Source: an uncultured virus (IMG/VR IMGVR_UViG_3300029953_000002)
Taxonomy: Duplodnaviria; Heunggongvirae; Uroviricota; Caudoviricetes
IMG/VR virus record: IMGVR_UViG_3300029953_000002
Strand: one strand, 5' to 3'
Length of the DNA stretch: 64,000 nt
Each line of letters begins with the position of its first letter. Position 1 is the stretch's first letter. Positions 1 to 10,102 of the stretch are shown one piece after another. The position numbers were made by a program, and so were the translations under genes. The notes under the pieces were generated by a model. It did not search any database. It was not told the origin of the DNA and saw nothing but the letters and a program-made list of their open reading frames with translations.

Positions 1-250
1 TTAACCAAACTGCTGTAGTTGCTATCTTTGATTCGAATCCTTCTTTACCGAGAATTCTAATACGAGATATTGGAACGAAATGAAGAAGAGGTATAAAATA
101 TTCTTTTATCATCACATTGTAAATTGAGTCTGGTTTATTCCAGATATTTTCTATGGCATATTTTAAAGTAGGGGTCGCGGCGACGATGTCGCCTAACGCG
201 CCTGCATTCACCATAAAAAGCCATGGTGTATTTATTTTTACATTTGGCAT
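1..250 (-). CDS. Glycosyltransferase family 9-like protein, N-terminal part (runs off window edge)
   Basis: Hand translation from ATG 250: MPNVKINTPWLFMVNAGALGDIVAATPTLKYAIENIW... The GxLGDxxxxxPxL motif is typical of GT9 heptosyltransferase-like N-termini. Not in ORF track. Confidence 0.55.
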   Translation of the reverse strand, partial: MPNVKINTPWLFMVNAGALGDIVAATPTLKYAIENIWNKPDSIYNVMIKEYFIPLLHFVPISRIRILGKEGFESKIATTAVWL

Positions 251-320
251 GTTATTTTACCTATTAAGAAACAATGTTAAATTTTCAAATTATACACGCA
301 ATTAGTAAAAAATACTACGT

Positions 321-355
321 CATAAAACCCAGAGTATTTAGCTCTGGGTTTTATG
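321..355. terminator. Hairpin, probable intrinsic terminator
   Basis: cataaaacccagag-tatttag-ctctgggttttatg inverted repeat downstream of 369..734. Confidence 0.6.
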
Positions 356-368
356 ATTCTAAAACACT

Positions 369-734
369 TTACGGATGTCTGCTAAATGATTCTAATACGC
401 TCAGTCCGGGATTACAAATATATACATCTTTTCCATCTGGTGAAATACAGAAACTATTAGGATTAGTAGTAGCTATCGAAAGCGTAGCTGGTGTTAGAGC
501 AGCTAATAACCCTGTACTCGTATTAATAGAAAACATCGATACGCTATTCCCACCGTTATTAGCAGTATATATATTCAATCCATCTGGAGAAATAGTCGGG
601 TACTGTGGCGAAGAACCAGTCGCTATAGACGCAGGCACTGTTCCTTGTAATGGTGATAATAGTCCAAACAAACTCTTAACGAAATTAACAAATGAATTAA
701 TCGCGTTCGCTGCCAGCGTTCCCATTAAAGGCAT
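369..734 (-). CDS. Short beta-propeller (lactonase/YncE-like) repeat protein
   Basis: Two blades: ISPDGLNIYTAN and ISPDGKDVYICN. Confidence 0.55.
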   Translation of the reverse strand: MPLMGTLAANAINSFVNFVKSLFGLLSPLQGTVPASIATGSSPQYPTISPDGLNIYTANNGGNSVSMFSINTSTGLLAALTPATLSIATTNPNSFCISPDGKDVYICNPGLSVLESFSRHP

Positions 735-822
735 GATTATTCCTTCTAACTAATATTTTTTAATAAACTAACTACAACAAGTAAAAATCTTATCCATGTT
801 GTAGTTAGTTTTTTGAATGAAA

Positions 823-2373
823 TTAAAATCTTAATTGTGCGATCTTAGCAATATACGTCGCACTTGCTACCTTGTCGATATTGATTGCGTAGCGATCGTA
901 ACCATTTGTTGAAAGACCAGTTGTTGGTGGTGTATCGTTACCCCAAAATAGATTCGTACCATTTACTAAATCAACACCATCAATTTGTAAACCAGACATG
1001 TAGTACGTTGGAGAACTTCCTTGCAACACATCAATTATTAATGAAACAGCTATATTGTCGCCAACAACACTGTTAAACGTTGTCGTTGCACTCCACGCGA
1101 CATTTAAAATGAAATTATTAGTAGCTGCCACATTACAATACATTACACCTCCTAACGCTACGTAAAAATTCTGTATAGCGGTAGGCGCAGCTGCTATATT
1201 TTGAACTACTTCAGCAGCATTAGTTAAAACGGCAGCAGGAGCATTAATCGATCCATGAGCAACAATACCACCTGTATCTACAATACCGACTGTAGCAGAA
1301 GCAGTGGTGGTAGTTATACTAGAAAACGTCGCGTTAGATGTAGTTCCTAAACCTAAAGCTGTAGCGGCAGCGGCTGCTGTAACAGCGCCAGTACCGCCAT
1401 TTGCAATCGCTACAGTGCCGGTAACATTACCAGCATTAGTAGCTGTAGTGGCATTACCGGCAAGAGCGCCAGTAAACGTCGTGGCTGACACAGCTGCAAA
1501 AGTTGGTGAGTCAGTAGTAGTTAAACCAGTAATGTCAGACTGTGATAACACAACAGCACCGACTCTACCAGCAACAGTAGTAACTTCAGTAGTTGCGCCA
1601 TTCCACTTATCCCAAGTCACTCCATTAAATACCGCCGAATCCCCCCCCCCACATTCCAACTACTATTTCCATCAAGTGTCGTAGTGCCAGCAGTGCTAAC
1701 CTTATACACATAACCTTTAGTACCAACACCATTTGCTAAAGCTGGTATGTTAGTACCCGCGTTCCAAGTACCTTGATACGACATCGCACTCGTAATAGAA
1801 GTAGGTAACTGCGCTAGTGTTAACGTACCACCAGCTGTCAAGGTGGCAACACCACTAGCAGCGCCAAGTAACGCGCTACTTACAGGTGTGTATCCAAGAG
1901 CACTTGTAATCTGGCTTGATTGTAGAGTAATAGCGTTTTGATTTAAAAAGGTAGGTGCACCAGTGCCGCCACTTAGCACGAGTTGCCCGGAAACACCAGC
2001 TGCGCTAAACAGAGTAGTGTTAACAGCACTTTGATACGGTAACGCACCTGCTACACCGCCGTCCAAGTTATTAGAAGTGGTTGCGTTTGTAATAGTCCCA
2101 GAGAAAGCGCCTACAAACGTAGTAGCAGTAACTGTATTAAACGTAACATCGGATGTAGTTCCTAAACCTAACGCTGTAGCCGCTCCAGCGGCAGTAGTAG
2201 ATCCAGTACCACCAAAAGCTATAGCTAAAATCCCAGAAGAAATATTTGAAGCATTTGAACCATAAATTTTTGTTACCACGTCTTGCGCGTTAACAGGATC
2301 AGCTACATTTGTGATTGAGAATGAATTTGCGTCTAAGCCAAAACGACTTTTAAAAGCGTAATTGACTACTCAT
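823..2373 (-). pseudogene. Tail-fibre-like protein split by two frameshifts (ORFs 1617..2279 and 823..1659)
   Basis: AGGA RBS and ATG at 2373, one base out of frame with FKSRFGLDANSFSITNVADP. The G10 tract at 1641-1650 splits WNVG|DSAVFNGVTWDK, which is contiguous in the paralog 5735..8101 (WSVGDIIVFDGVVWD). Confidence 0.7.
1641..1650 (-). repeat. Poly-G(10) homopolymer at frameshift junction
   Basis: cccccccccc on + strand; the frame is restored with 5, 8 or 11 G. Confidence 0.9.
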
Positions 2374-2422
2374 GATTATTATTCCTAAAGTAATGTCAGT
2401 GTAATTACATTTAAACTATCTA

Positions 2423-3076
2423 TTACCCAGACGCAACTTGAGCCTGCCTGATAACAGCAAGTACATTCAAATAAACAGTATCCAGATTTGTTGTCGTGCC
2501 TAAACTTACTCCGGTCGTAGGATCCACTAATGGAATAACGGCTGTTCCGTTATTTACAAGATCGAGTGTTATTGTTATTGGAGATAAAACATCCAAGTGC
2601 CTAACAGACCCATCAACAAGAACAACGGCATTACTTTGAGAAATTATTGCTGTTGGTAACCCCCCTGTAGAATCTGGCCAATTAATAACTAACTGTGGCG
2701 TACGAACATATAACACACCAACCGCATTAGCAGAATAATTCGTTGCTGGTGGATTATTAGCAACTTGAGCTTGTCTGATAACTGCGAGTATCTGAAGAAA
2801 GACGTTATCCAGCGTTGTAGTGGTTCCTAAACCAGCACCGGTGACTGGATCTACCAATGGAATAGGGGTGCTCCCGTCGCTCGTAAGATCTATCGGTATC
2901 ACCAGTGATTGTAAAACATCAAGATTTCTAGTAGTGTCATCAGCCATCGTAACTGCGTTACTTTGGCATATTGCCGCTACTGGCGACCCAGCTACATCTG
3001 GGTAATTTATTACAAGATTTGTAATTCGAACATAAGGAAGACCTACCGTAGAAGAATCATAATTCGCGCTCATCAC
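2423..3076 (-). CDS. Hypothetical protein with a tandemly duplicated ~105-aa domain (possible fibre-associated/chaperone)
   Basis: NYDSSTVGLPYVRITNLVINYPD...LQILAVIRQAQVA is repeated as NYSANAVGVLYVRTPQLVINWPD...LNVLAVIRQAQVA. Confidence 0.7.
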   Translation of the reverse strand: MMSANYDSSTVGLPYVRITNLVINYPDVAGSPVAAICQSNAVTMADDTTRNLDVLQSLVIPIDLTSDGSTPIPLVDPVTGAGLGTTTTLDNVFLQILAVIRQAQVANNPPATNYSANAVGVLYVRTPQLVINWPDSTGGLPTAIISQSNAVVLVDGSVRHLDVLSPITITLDLVNNGTAVIPLVDPTTGVSLGTTTNLDTVYLNVLAVIRQAQVASG

Positions 3077-3089
3077 TGCCTCATTTCGT

Positions 3090-4889
3090 CTAATATAAGA
3101 ACCCGGTTACAATAACTGAAACAGTCGAAGATATGGCCGACATTGATTGACTAATTCCGATCTGTTGGCCAGCTGCAATTTCTATTCCATCTGGGATATC
3201 GTACGATACATTTGTCCCGACACCGTTTGCGAACGTACCAGTCATATTAGGCACATCGACATTCATAACAATGCCCGAAGTCACCGCAACGGTGGCCGCT
3301 GCTCGAACTCGAACTCTACCAGTTATAGCGGTAGTAGACGTTGCCTTTATAGTAACTGAAATTGATGACAAACGTAATACCTTACCAGCTGGAACAGTGT
3401 AAGATGTTCCCGTCGTCACTGTCCCGGCAGTGTTTATACTCATTGACGCCAGTGCTTCAGCGGTAACGCCAGCAGCAACGTCCATGTAGAACGTCATATA
3501 CGTTCTGCCTGTATCGCTAACATTTTGAACTGGCAAAAATAATGCAGCCTGTGCTGATTTAGGCATACGTGGTGAAGAAGACCCTGCCGCCATACAAGAC
3601 GTGCCAATTGTCTGAGCAGTTGTACCAAGACTATTGATCCAAATCGACATCGGTAAATTCGGATTTTGTAAGGTAGGCGCTACAGCGATATTCGCGTTAT
3701 AAATGACATGAAATACGACCCAAACGCTATCTGGTGAAAACACTTCGAATATAATCGATGCTGCACCCAACCATCCAAAACGAATTCTGAATATGTTCAA
3801 GTTAGCAAAATTAATCGCTACAGGAACCCCAGCCTGTGTAAATTTAGAATTAGACAGCCCAGTCAACAGGTCACCGTTCCAAGATGTTCTCGGAGTAGAC
3901 GTTATTGCGCCGCCAGTCATTCTGGATAACGACATTACCCCTGCTTCGTATCCCAGCCATAACCCATTCGCAGAACCGTCCATGTAACCGATACGGGAGA
4001 ATGTGGCAGCTACTGAACTCGCCCCTGACCAATAGGCTGTAAAATAAGCAAATATTTCAAAACCAGCACGGTACGTATTTGTAGCAATGGATGACAATAA
4101 CGCAACTGATGGATTAGTTGTTGTAGTCGCAACAGTCAGCTGACCTGCTGTCCATGTTGCTGTCGCGCTACCTGACAACGTTGTTTGATTCATTAGCGTG
4201 GTAACTGTACCAGCGCCAATAAAACTCAGTTCGACTTGCGCAGTGCGTTCAGCCACTACAACCTGATTGAAACCATCTACATTGTTCGTATTAAGTGCAA
4301 CAGGCAAGCCGATGTTTGTTGTAGGTATCGCCACACCGTTGATTTCGTTAATCGATACCGGACTATTACCAAGCTGAGTTACTGCGGCTTCAGTGCCATA
4401 GTACGTATTAATATTTAACGTTGTTGTGGTCGCTGTTCCCGTGTTTTGTACCACCACGTTTAAATAGTTCCCATTGATTGGGATCGCCTGATTAAACCCT
4501 GTTCCAGCTTTAGCGTAATACACAAACGAACTACATTTTGTATTAGAAGAGGACGTGATATACTGATTGACTGTTATCGTGACCGGCTGGTCAGACACAA
4601 CAGTTAATGAAAGAGTAACTTGATTAAGAATTGATTCAATTGTCCCAGTGAACACACTAGAAGCAGTAAGTTGCCCGGTTGATGAGTTCACTGTGGATGC
4701 GATAAAACTACTTGCTGTCGGCACCACCATTATACCATTTGCGCCAGTCCCGGCTGATAAACTATTAACTGCGTACCCTAAGCCATCATTAATAGCAACA
4801 GGGATTGATGATTGATCGCTTGCGAGAACAACAGGCGCCGAGTTAGCACTAGGTGCCTGACCATTTGCGTTATTTGGAGTATAAGACAT
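3090..4889 (-). CDS. Putative virion/tail-associated protein with beta-sandwich (lectin-like) domain
   Basis: 599 aa, Thr/Ser-rich, IFRIRFGWLGAASIIFEV segment, lies within the fibre cluster. Confidence 0.5.
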   Translation of the reverse strand: MSYTPNNANGQAPSANSAPVVLASDQSSIPVAINDGLGYAVNSLSAGTGANGIMVVPTASSFIASTVNSSTGQLTASSVFTGTIESILNQVTLSLTVVSDQPVTITVNQYITSSSNTKCSSFVYYAKAGTGFNQAIPINGNYLNVVVQNTGTATTTTLNINTYYGTEAAVTQLGNSPVSINEINGVAIPTTNIGLPVALNTNNVDGFNQVVVAERTAQVELSFIGAGTVTTLMNQTTLSGSATATWTAGQLTVATTTTNPSVALLSSIATNTYRAGFEIFAYFTAYWSGASSVAATFSRIGYMDGSANGLWLGYEAGVMSLSRMTGGAITSTPRTSWNGDLLTGLSNSKFTQAGVPVAINFANLNIFRIRFGWLGAASIIFEVFSPDSVWVVFHVIYNANIAVAPTLQNPNLPMSIWINSLGTTAQTIGTSCMAAGSSSPRMPKSAQAALFLPVQNVSDTGRTYMTFYMDVAAGVTAEALASMSINTAGTVTTGTSYTVPAGKVLRLSSISVTIKATSTTAITGRVRVRAAATVAVTSGIVMNVDVPNMTGTFANGVGTNVSYDIPDGIEIAAGQQIGISQSMSAISSTVSVIVTGFLY

Positions 4890-4900
4890 TATATTTTACC

Positions 4901-5719
4901 TTAGATGATGTACCAATTAGCGCCATCCGACACTATCGTTAAAGATGTGTACTGAACTATTAAACTGGCTGTTAAACTCCCGTCTATCGTCTGTGCCCCA
5001 GTTGTACTTATCACCACAGTGCCAGTTCCTATATTTTTAATAGTGTATACGTTTGTGTTTCCAACTGCTGTGGGAAGCGTAATTGGTGCGGCGCCAGATA
5101 CGAGATAAACATACTTGATGTTTGCGGTGTTTGCAGCAGTTGTAGCTACAGCGACGCTGTTAACCACAGTATCGTTAGCCACTAAACCAAGAGCCGCTAA
5201 GGCGCCTGCTACAGTGGTAGCTCCAGTTCCACCGTTTGCTACTGCTACAGTGCCGGACACATTACCAGCAGTGGTAGCTGTCGATGCGTTACCAGATAAA
5301 GCACCTGTGAAAGTCGTAGCAGACACAGATGCAAATGTCGGCGTACCTGTTGTACCTAACCCTAAATTCGTAGCGGCTGCTGCTGCTGTAGTTGCACCAG
5401 TGCCACCGAGCGTCAGTGGCACTACTGCCGCCGCATTCGCAGTTACCTGCGCTTGCAGGTAACCAAACGCCTGTAATGCAGTCGACGATGCAGTTACAGC
5501 CGCATTCGTCGCACTAGAAAAACCAGTTAAAACTGATGATAAAATACTAGCACCAGTTACATATCCAGCTGGATTAGTAGCAGGATATGCTCCCAGTGCT
5601 GTTAATGCTGCGGAGGCAGAAGTAGCGCCAGTACCACCAGCTGCAATCGATATATAATCACCAGATTGAATTTGTTGCCAATCTGAATTATTAAAAACTA
5701 TTGGAGTACGTGCAGCCAT
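4901..5719 (-). CDS. Short tail-fibre-like protein
   Basis: GGTGATxAxxAxxxLG and ATTFTGALSGNASTAT repeats; C-terminal ITLPTAVGNTNVYTIKN...SDGANWYII fibre-type module. Confidence 0.65.
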   Translation of the reverse strand: MAARTPIVFNNSDWQQIQSGDYISIAAGGTGATSASAALTALGAYPATNPAGYVTGASILSSVLTGFSSATNAAVTASSTALQAFGYLQAQVTANAAAVVPLTLGGTGATTAAAAATNLGLGTTGTPTFASVSATTFTGALSGNASTATTAGNVSGTVAVANGGTGATTVAGALAALGLVANDTVVNSVAVATTAANTANIKYVYLVSGAAPITLPTAVGNTNVYTIKNIGTGTVVISTTGAQTIDGSLTASLIVQYTSLTIVSDGANWYII

Positions 5720-5734
5720 AATGCCTTCCTTTTA

Positions 5735-8101
5735 TTACAATTGAATTCTTGGCTGGATGCGAACAAGCATTCGTGTTGAACTCAAAGCTTGTCCCACATT
5801 ACAAACATACTGCCCAGCTGTTGAAGGAGGAGTTGCTGTAAGATTACCAGCAGTTGTAGCGCTTAAGAAATACTTAACGCCAAATGTCAAACCACCTGAT
5901 GTACCTGCAATAGCATCCCATTGCGCTGTTGACGCCACGCACTCACCATCGGTTGCAATCAAACCAGAAGCTCCAGAAGCAATTCCGCTATAAGCAAGAC
6001 CAACAACAGAAGACGTTGTGCCAGAAGCAGCGTTTGCCAGCATGAAAGTGCCAGAAGAATCAGAGTACACAGGACTGCAAATTGGAACAGACGCACCAAC
6101 GTCATTCGTCAAAGTTGAAACCATTGTCGTTGCGTTAGTTGCTGTACCATTCAATATCGGTGCAGTAACAGCAGCAAACGTTGGTGAGTTAGTTGTACCT
6201 AAACCAAGGTTAGTAGCAGCCCCAGTGGCTGTTGTAGACCCAGTACCGCCGTTAATTACCGCGACAGTTCCAGATACATTACTAGCTGTAGTTGCAGTTG
6301 TCGCGTTACCAGTTAAAGCACCTGTAAACGTGGTAGCAGTAACTGCTGAGAAGGTTACTGAATTACCAGTGCCTAAACCAAGATTAGTAGCTGCAGCAGC
6401 AGCGGTAGTCCCGCCAGTACCACCATTTGCAATAGCCACTGTACCCGTTACACTACCAGCAGTTGTAGCTGTCGAAGCATTGCCGGTTAATGCACCTACG
6501 AAAGTCGTTGATGTTACAGATGTTAAACCAGCAATTGTTGTTTGCGAAGCACCTAACGCGATAGACGTAGTGCCAATTGTAACGCTACTGTTAGTCAACG
6601 CTGCATTGCCGATACCAGAAAAGTTAGTACCCGTTAATGTTGGTGTCGTGCTGTAGGATGGAGTCGATCCACCAACTAACACGCCTGCTGCAGTTGCCAG
6701 CATTGCTGTAGTACCAGAACCAGTTTGATACGCGATCGAACCAGCAGCACCACCAACAATATTTGTAGCTGTAGTGGCAGTAGTAGCAGTAGACGCGTTA
6801 CCTACGAGAGCACCGGTAAACGTAGTAGCAGTAACTGACGCATGCGTAACTGCACTAGCTGTACCTAAACCTAAGGCAGTAGCAGCAGCTGCTGCTGTAG
6901 TAGCACCTGTACCACCATTAGCGATAGCTACAATACCAGTGACATTACCGGCATTAGTGGCAGTAGTAGCGTTACCAGTAAGAGCACCTGTAAACGTGGT
7001 CGCTGTGACACCTGCAAACGTAGGTGTGCTCGCAGTAGTTAATCCAACAACGTCAGCTTGAGCGAGAGTAACAACACCTTGACGACCAGCTACAGACAAG
7101 ACGACCGCAGCATCGCCCGGAATCAAATCCCAGACCACGCCATCAAACACGATTATGTCGCCAACACTCCAGTTACTATTGCCATCAATGGCTGTAGTAC
7201 CTGCCGTGCTAACCTTATACTCCCAGCCCTTAGTACCAACACCAGACGCTAAAGCAGGAATGTTTGTTGATGCATTCCACGTACCTTGATAAACTGTACC
7301 GCCCTGTGTAACAACAGAAGGCAATTGAGCAAGTGTTAAAGTACCGCCAGCTGTCAGGGTGGCAACACCACTAGCAGCACCAAGTAATGCATTACTGATT
7401 GGAGTATAGCCTAAAGCGGTTGTAACTTGCCCAGATGATAATGTTAACGCGCTCTGTGCTACAAAAGTAGGAGCACCAGTACCGCCACTCAGCGCAACAT
7501 AACCCGCTGTGCCAGCTGCACTAGTTGCAGTAGCACCTACAGCAGTTTGGTACACTAAACCACCAGCTACACCGCCCGCTATGTTTGTAGCCGTAGTCGC
7601 GGTAGTAGCATTCCCAGCCAATGCACCTGTAAACGTTGTTGCTGTAACACCTGCAAACGTAGGTGTACTAGCTGTGCCAAGACCTAATGCAGTAGCAGCA
7701 GCTGCTGCTGTAGTGGCTCCAGTGCCGCCGTTACCGATACCTACAACACCCGACACACTCACGGCAGTAGTTGCTGTGGTGGCGTTCCCGGCTAAGGCGC
7801 CTGTAAACGTAGTAGCTGTAACGCCTGTAAATGTAGGTGAACTACTTGTTGTTAACCCACTAATATCTGCCTGGGCTAGTACCACCGCTCCAGTTCGACC
7901 AGCTACAGTCTGAACTGGAGCACCTGCTGATGTAATGTACGAGTTGGGGTTCGTTGCAGGGTATGCGCCTAATGCTGTTAATGCACCAGAAGCCGAGGTG
8001 GCTCCAGTACCACCGTATGGAATATCAATAAAATTACCAGATTGAATATTCGACGCTTCGCCAGTTACTGGATTTAATACTAATGGCTTCTGACCTGACA
8101 T
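5735..8101 (-). CDS. Long tail-fibre-like protein with internal repeats
   Basis: 788 aa; multiple ATTFTGALxGNATTAT and NGGTGATTAAAAATALGLGT repeats, a YQGTWNAS module, and a C-terminal domain shared with 8112..8933. Confidence 0.7.
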   Translation of the reverse strand: MSGQKPLVLNPVTGEASNIQSGNFIDIPYGGTGATSASGALTALGAYPATNPNSYITSAGAPVQTVAGRTGAVVLAQADISGLTTSSSPTFTGVTATTFTGALAGNATTATTAVSVSGVVGIGNGGTGATTAAAAATALGLGTASTPTFAGVTATTFTGALAGNATTATTATNIAGGVAGGLVYQTAVGATATSAAGTAGYVALSGGTGAPTFVAQSALTLSSGQVTTALGYTPISNALLGAASGVATLTAGGTLTLAQLPSVVTQGGTVYQGTWNASTNIPALASGVGTKGWEYKVSTAGTTAIDGNSNWSVGDIIVFDGVVWDLIPGDAAVVLSVAGRQGVVTLAQADVVGLTTASTPTFAGVTATTFTGALTGNATTATNAGNVTGIVAIANGGTGATTAAAAATALGLGTASAVTHASVTATTFTGALVGNASTATTATTATNIVGGAAGSIAYQTGSGTTAMLATAAGVLVGGSTPSYSTTPTLTGTNFSGIGNAALTNSSVTIGTTSIALGASQTTIAGLTSVTSTTFVGALTGNASTATTAGSVTGTVAIANGGTGGTTAAAAATNLGLGTGNSVTFSAVTATTFTGALTGNATTATTASNVSGTVAVINGGTGSTTATGAATNLGLGTTNSPTFAAVTAPILNGTATNATTMVSTLTNDVGASVPICSPVYSDSSGTFMLANAASGTTSSVVGLAYSGIASGASGLIATDGECVASTAQWDAIAGTSGGLTFGVKYFLSATTAGNLTATPPSTAGQYVCNVGQALSSTRMLVRIQPRIQL

Positions 8102-8111
8102 GATTTATCCT

Positions 8112-8933
8112 CTATAGTTGTATAGGAGTGTTGATACGAATAATAAAAACTGTTGTACTTACTGCGCGACCAATGGGACAAACATACTGCCCGTTCCCTG
8201 TTGGCGGCACTGGGGTTAATCCGCCATCAACGATATCGAGAAAATAGTTTGTATTTGGAATTAAACCACTCGGGTTATTAACAACAATGCTCCATTGTTC
8301 CACAGTACCATTAATTTGGCCATCAGATAAAACCTGACCACTGCCACCTGGTGTGATTGAATCAGATAAAACTAAACCTAATACCGTTTTCATGTTTGGG
8401 TCGTTCGCTACAGCAAGATCAACTGTTAACGTGCCTGGACTATAAACAGGTTGTCCTAAAAATAAAGTTTGAGAACCAATATTACTGACAGTGATGATTT
8501 CAATAGTCGGGTTAGTAACTCCAGCGGTCGTGTCAATAAGTTGCTGAATTTCAGCAGCAACTGTACTTAATGTTGCTTGTTCAGAAGCAACTAATGTAGC
8601 AGTAGCAGCAGCAAGATTTGCGTTATTAGTAGCGATGAGTTGTTGAATCTGAACTTGCAAAGCAGCTTGACTGGTTTGTATTAACTGTTGAATTTGTGCA
8701 GCTAATGCTGACTCATTCGACGTTACGACATTGGCAAATGTTGGGTATGTCCCACTAGCTACAGTTACGGTTTCTGTAGAACCACCATTTACAAATTGAT
8801 GTGCTAATAAAACATCATTTTCAAACGTACTAATTGCTGTTGCCAATGCTGTATTAACCACCGCTGGAGTAGGGACCTCTTCACACTCTGGCCGAACAAC
8901 TTCGCTTTCATGTTCGTCGTTATGTTTTGACAT
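8112..8933 (-). CDS. Putative virion protein (coiled coil plus C-terminal domain paralogous to the fibre C-terminus)
   Basis: SDG..QW...GL.P...YFL...LT..PP...GQYVC.IG.A.S.T matches the C-terminus of 5735..8101. Confidence 0.55.
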   Translation of the reverse strand: MSKHNDEHESEVVRPECEEVPTPAVVNTALATAISTFENDVLLAHQFVNGGSTETVTVASGTYPTFANVVTSNESALAAQIQQLIQTSQAALQVQIQQLIATNNANLAAATATLVASEQATLSTVAAEIQQLIDTTAGVTNPTIEIITVSNIGSQTLFLGQPVYSPGTLTVDLAVANDPNMKTVLGLVLSDSITPGGSGQVLSDGQINGTVEQWSIVVNNPSGLIPNTNYFLDIVDGGLTPVPPTGNGQYVCPIGRAVSTTVFIIRINTPIQL

Positions 8934-8943
8934 AGGTTTTCTC

Positions 8944-9441
8944 TTAGCTAGTTAAATAGTTATTATTTGGTAGTGTATTATTCATTAATGTGTGAAGACT
9001 ACCTATGTTACTAGGTAAGCCAAATAATAATGTTATTGTTAAACTCCCTTCCCATCCTAGTGAATCATGTTTAGCTTTCAAAATAACTGTTCTAATATCG
9101 CCGACATTCATATTTGATATAACAAAATCTTGCATATCTGTATCAAGCAAGAACGCGTTCCTTGTCTCACTTATTACAGACGCAATAGATTCAATTGTGA
9201 ACGGGGATTCTGATATTAGAGATAAACCAGAACCCATGGCTGATAACTGAATACGATTATAGAAAACCTCAACCTGACCGATATACCCAGACTTAGGAAC
9301 AGCTGTGACTGTTACTTTTGTATCCCATGACGGACCTACGTCTGGAATAGGATTAGAAAAGACAATCTGTTCTGCTGTTAATTGAGCACGTCTGGAATTT
9401 GCTGAATTAATTAAAGCAACAAGCTGGTCGATGATAGCCAT
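8944..9441 (-). CDS. phiKZ-like virion structural protein (YNRIxL family)
   Basis: VTVTAVPKSGYIGQVEVFYNRIQL motif; paralog of the next gene. Confidence 0.55.
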   Translation of the reverse strand: MAIIDQLVALINSANSRRAQLTAEQIVFSNPIPDVGPSWDTKVTVTAVPKSGYIGQVEVFYNRIQLSAMGSGLSLISESPFTIESIASVISETRNAFLLDTDMQDFVISNMNVGDIRTVILKAKHDSLGWEGSLTITLLFGLPSNIGSLHTLMNNTLPNNNYLTS

Positions 9442-9465
9442 AATCGTATCCTGTTTCTTATTGTC

Positions 9466-9990
9466 CTATGGGGTTGGTTGTGTATAGACTAATCCGCTCA
9501 ATGCAGTTACAGTAATAACTGTTGACAATGGAATAGCACCGCGTACCAATTGCAAATGCATTCGACCAATGAACACTAATGAGCTATAATCAGCAACAAC
9601 ATCGAATGGTAAACTTTGATTAGCATTGCCAATAAAAACAGGTAGTGGAGCATTGATGTATTGGCCTGTTGTTAAATTTATTTCATATGCTGAATTAATA
9701 GCAGGTATGATATCCGAAATATTAACAGCATTACCAACATTAAAAGCAATAGACCGTGTGCCAGGTATAGTGTTAAGATCAATTCTATTATAAATTAAAA
9801 TAGTAGAACCGTAATATAAAACTTGTCCTGTTAAACTAACACTAACTACAACCTGAGTATTTTTAGAACCATTGATAGGGGTCGGATAACCAAACGACAA
9901 CATGCCTACTGTAAAAGACGTGCCGTTGTCGTCGTTAATGAGATCGGTTAATATCTGTTCTTGACTTTTAGTGAAATCTTGGATCGGCAT
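9466..9990 (-). CDS. phiKZ-like virion structural protein (YNRIxL family)
   Basis: YYGSTILIYNRIDL, IPAINSAYEINLT, SLVFIG motifs. Confidence 0.55.
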   Translation of the reverse strand: MPIQDFTKSQEQILTDLINDDNGTSFTVGMLSFGYPTPINGSKNTQVVVSVSLTGQVLYYGSTILIYNRIDLNTIPGTRSIAFNVGNAVNISDIIPAINSAYEINLTTGQYINAPLPVFIGNANQSLPFDVVADYSSLVFIGRMHLQLVRGAIPLSTVITVTALSGLVYTQPTP

Positions 9991-10059
9991 ATGCGAACCT
10001 TTTTTAAAAATGATTCATGTATTTTTTTACTTCATAACATAAGATTAAGGTTTTACATG

Positions 10060-10097
10060 GCATAAAACCCTACCATTTTAATAGTAGGGTTTTATGT
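10060..10097. terminator. Hairpin terminator
   Basis: cataaaaccctac...gtagggttttatg inverted repeat. Confidence 0.65.
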
Positions 10098-10102
10098 TTT
10101 CA

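Noticed and set aside
823..8101. Diversity-generating retroelement or invertible shufflon acting on the fibre genes
   Set aside because: No reverse transcriptase or invertase is present in the window. The repeats are direct coding modules without an adenine-specific mismatch pattern that I could see.
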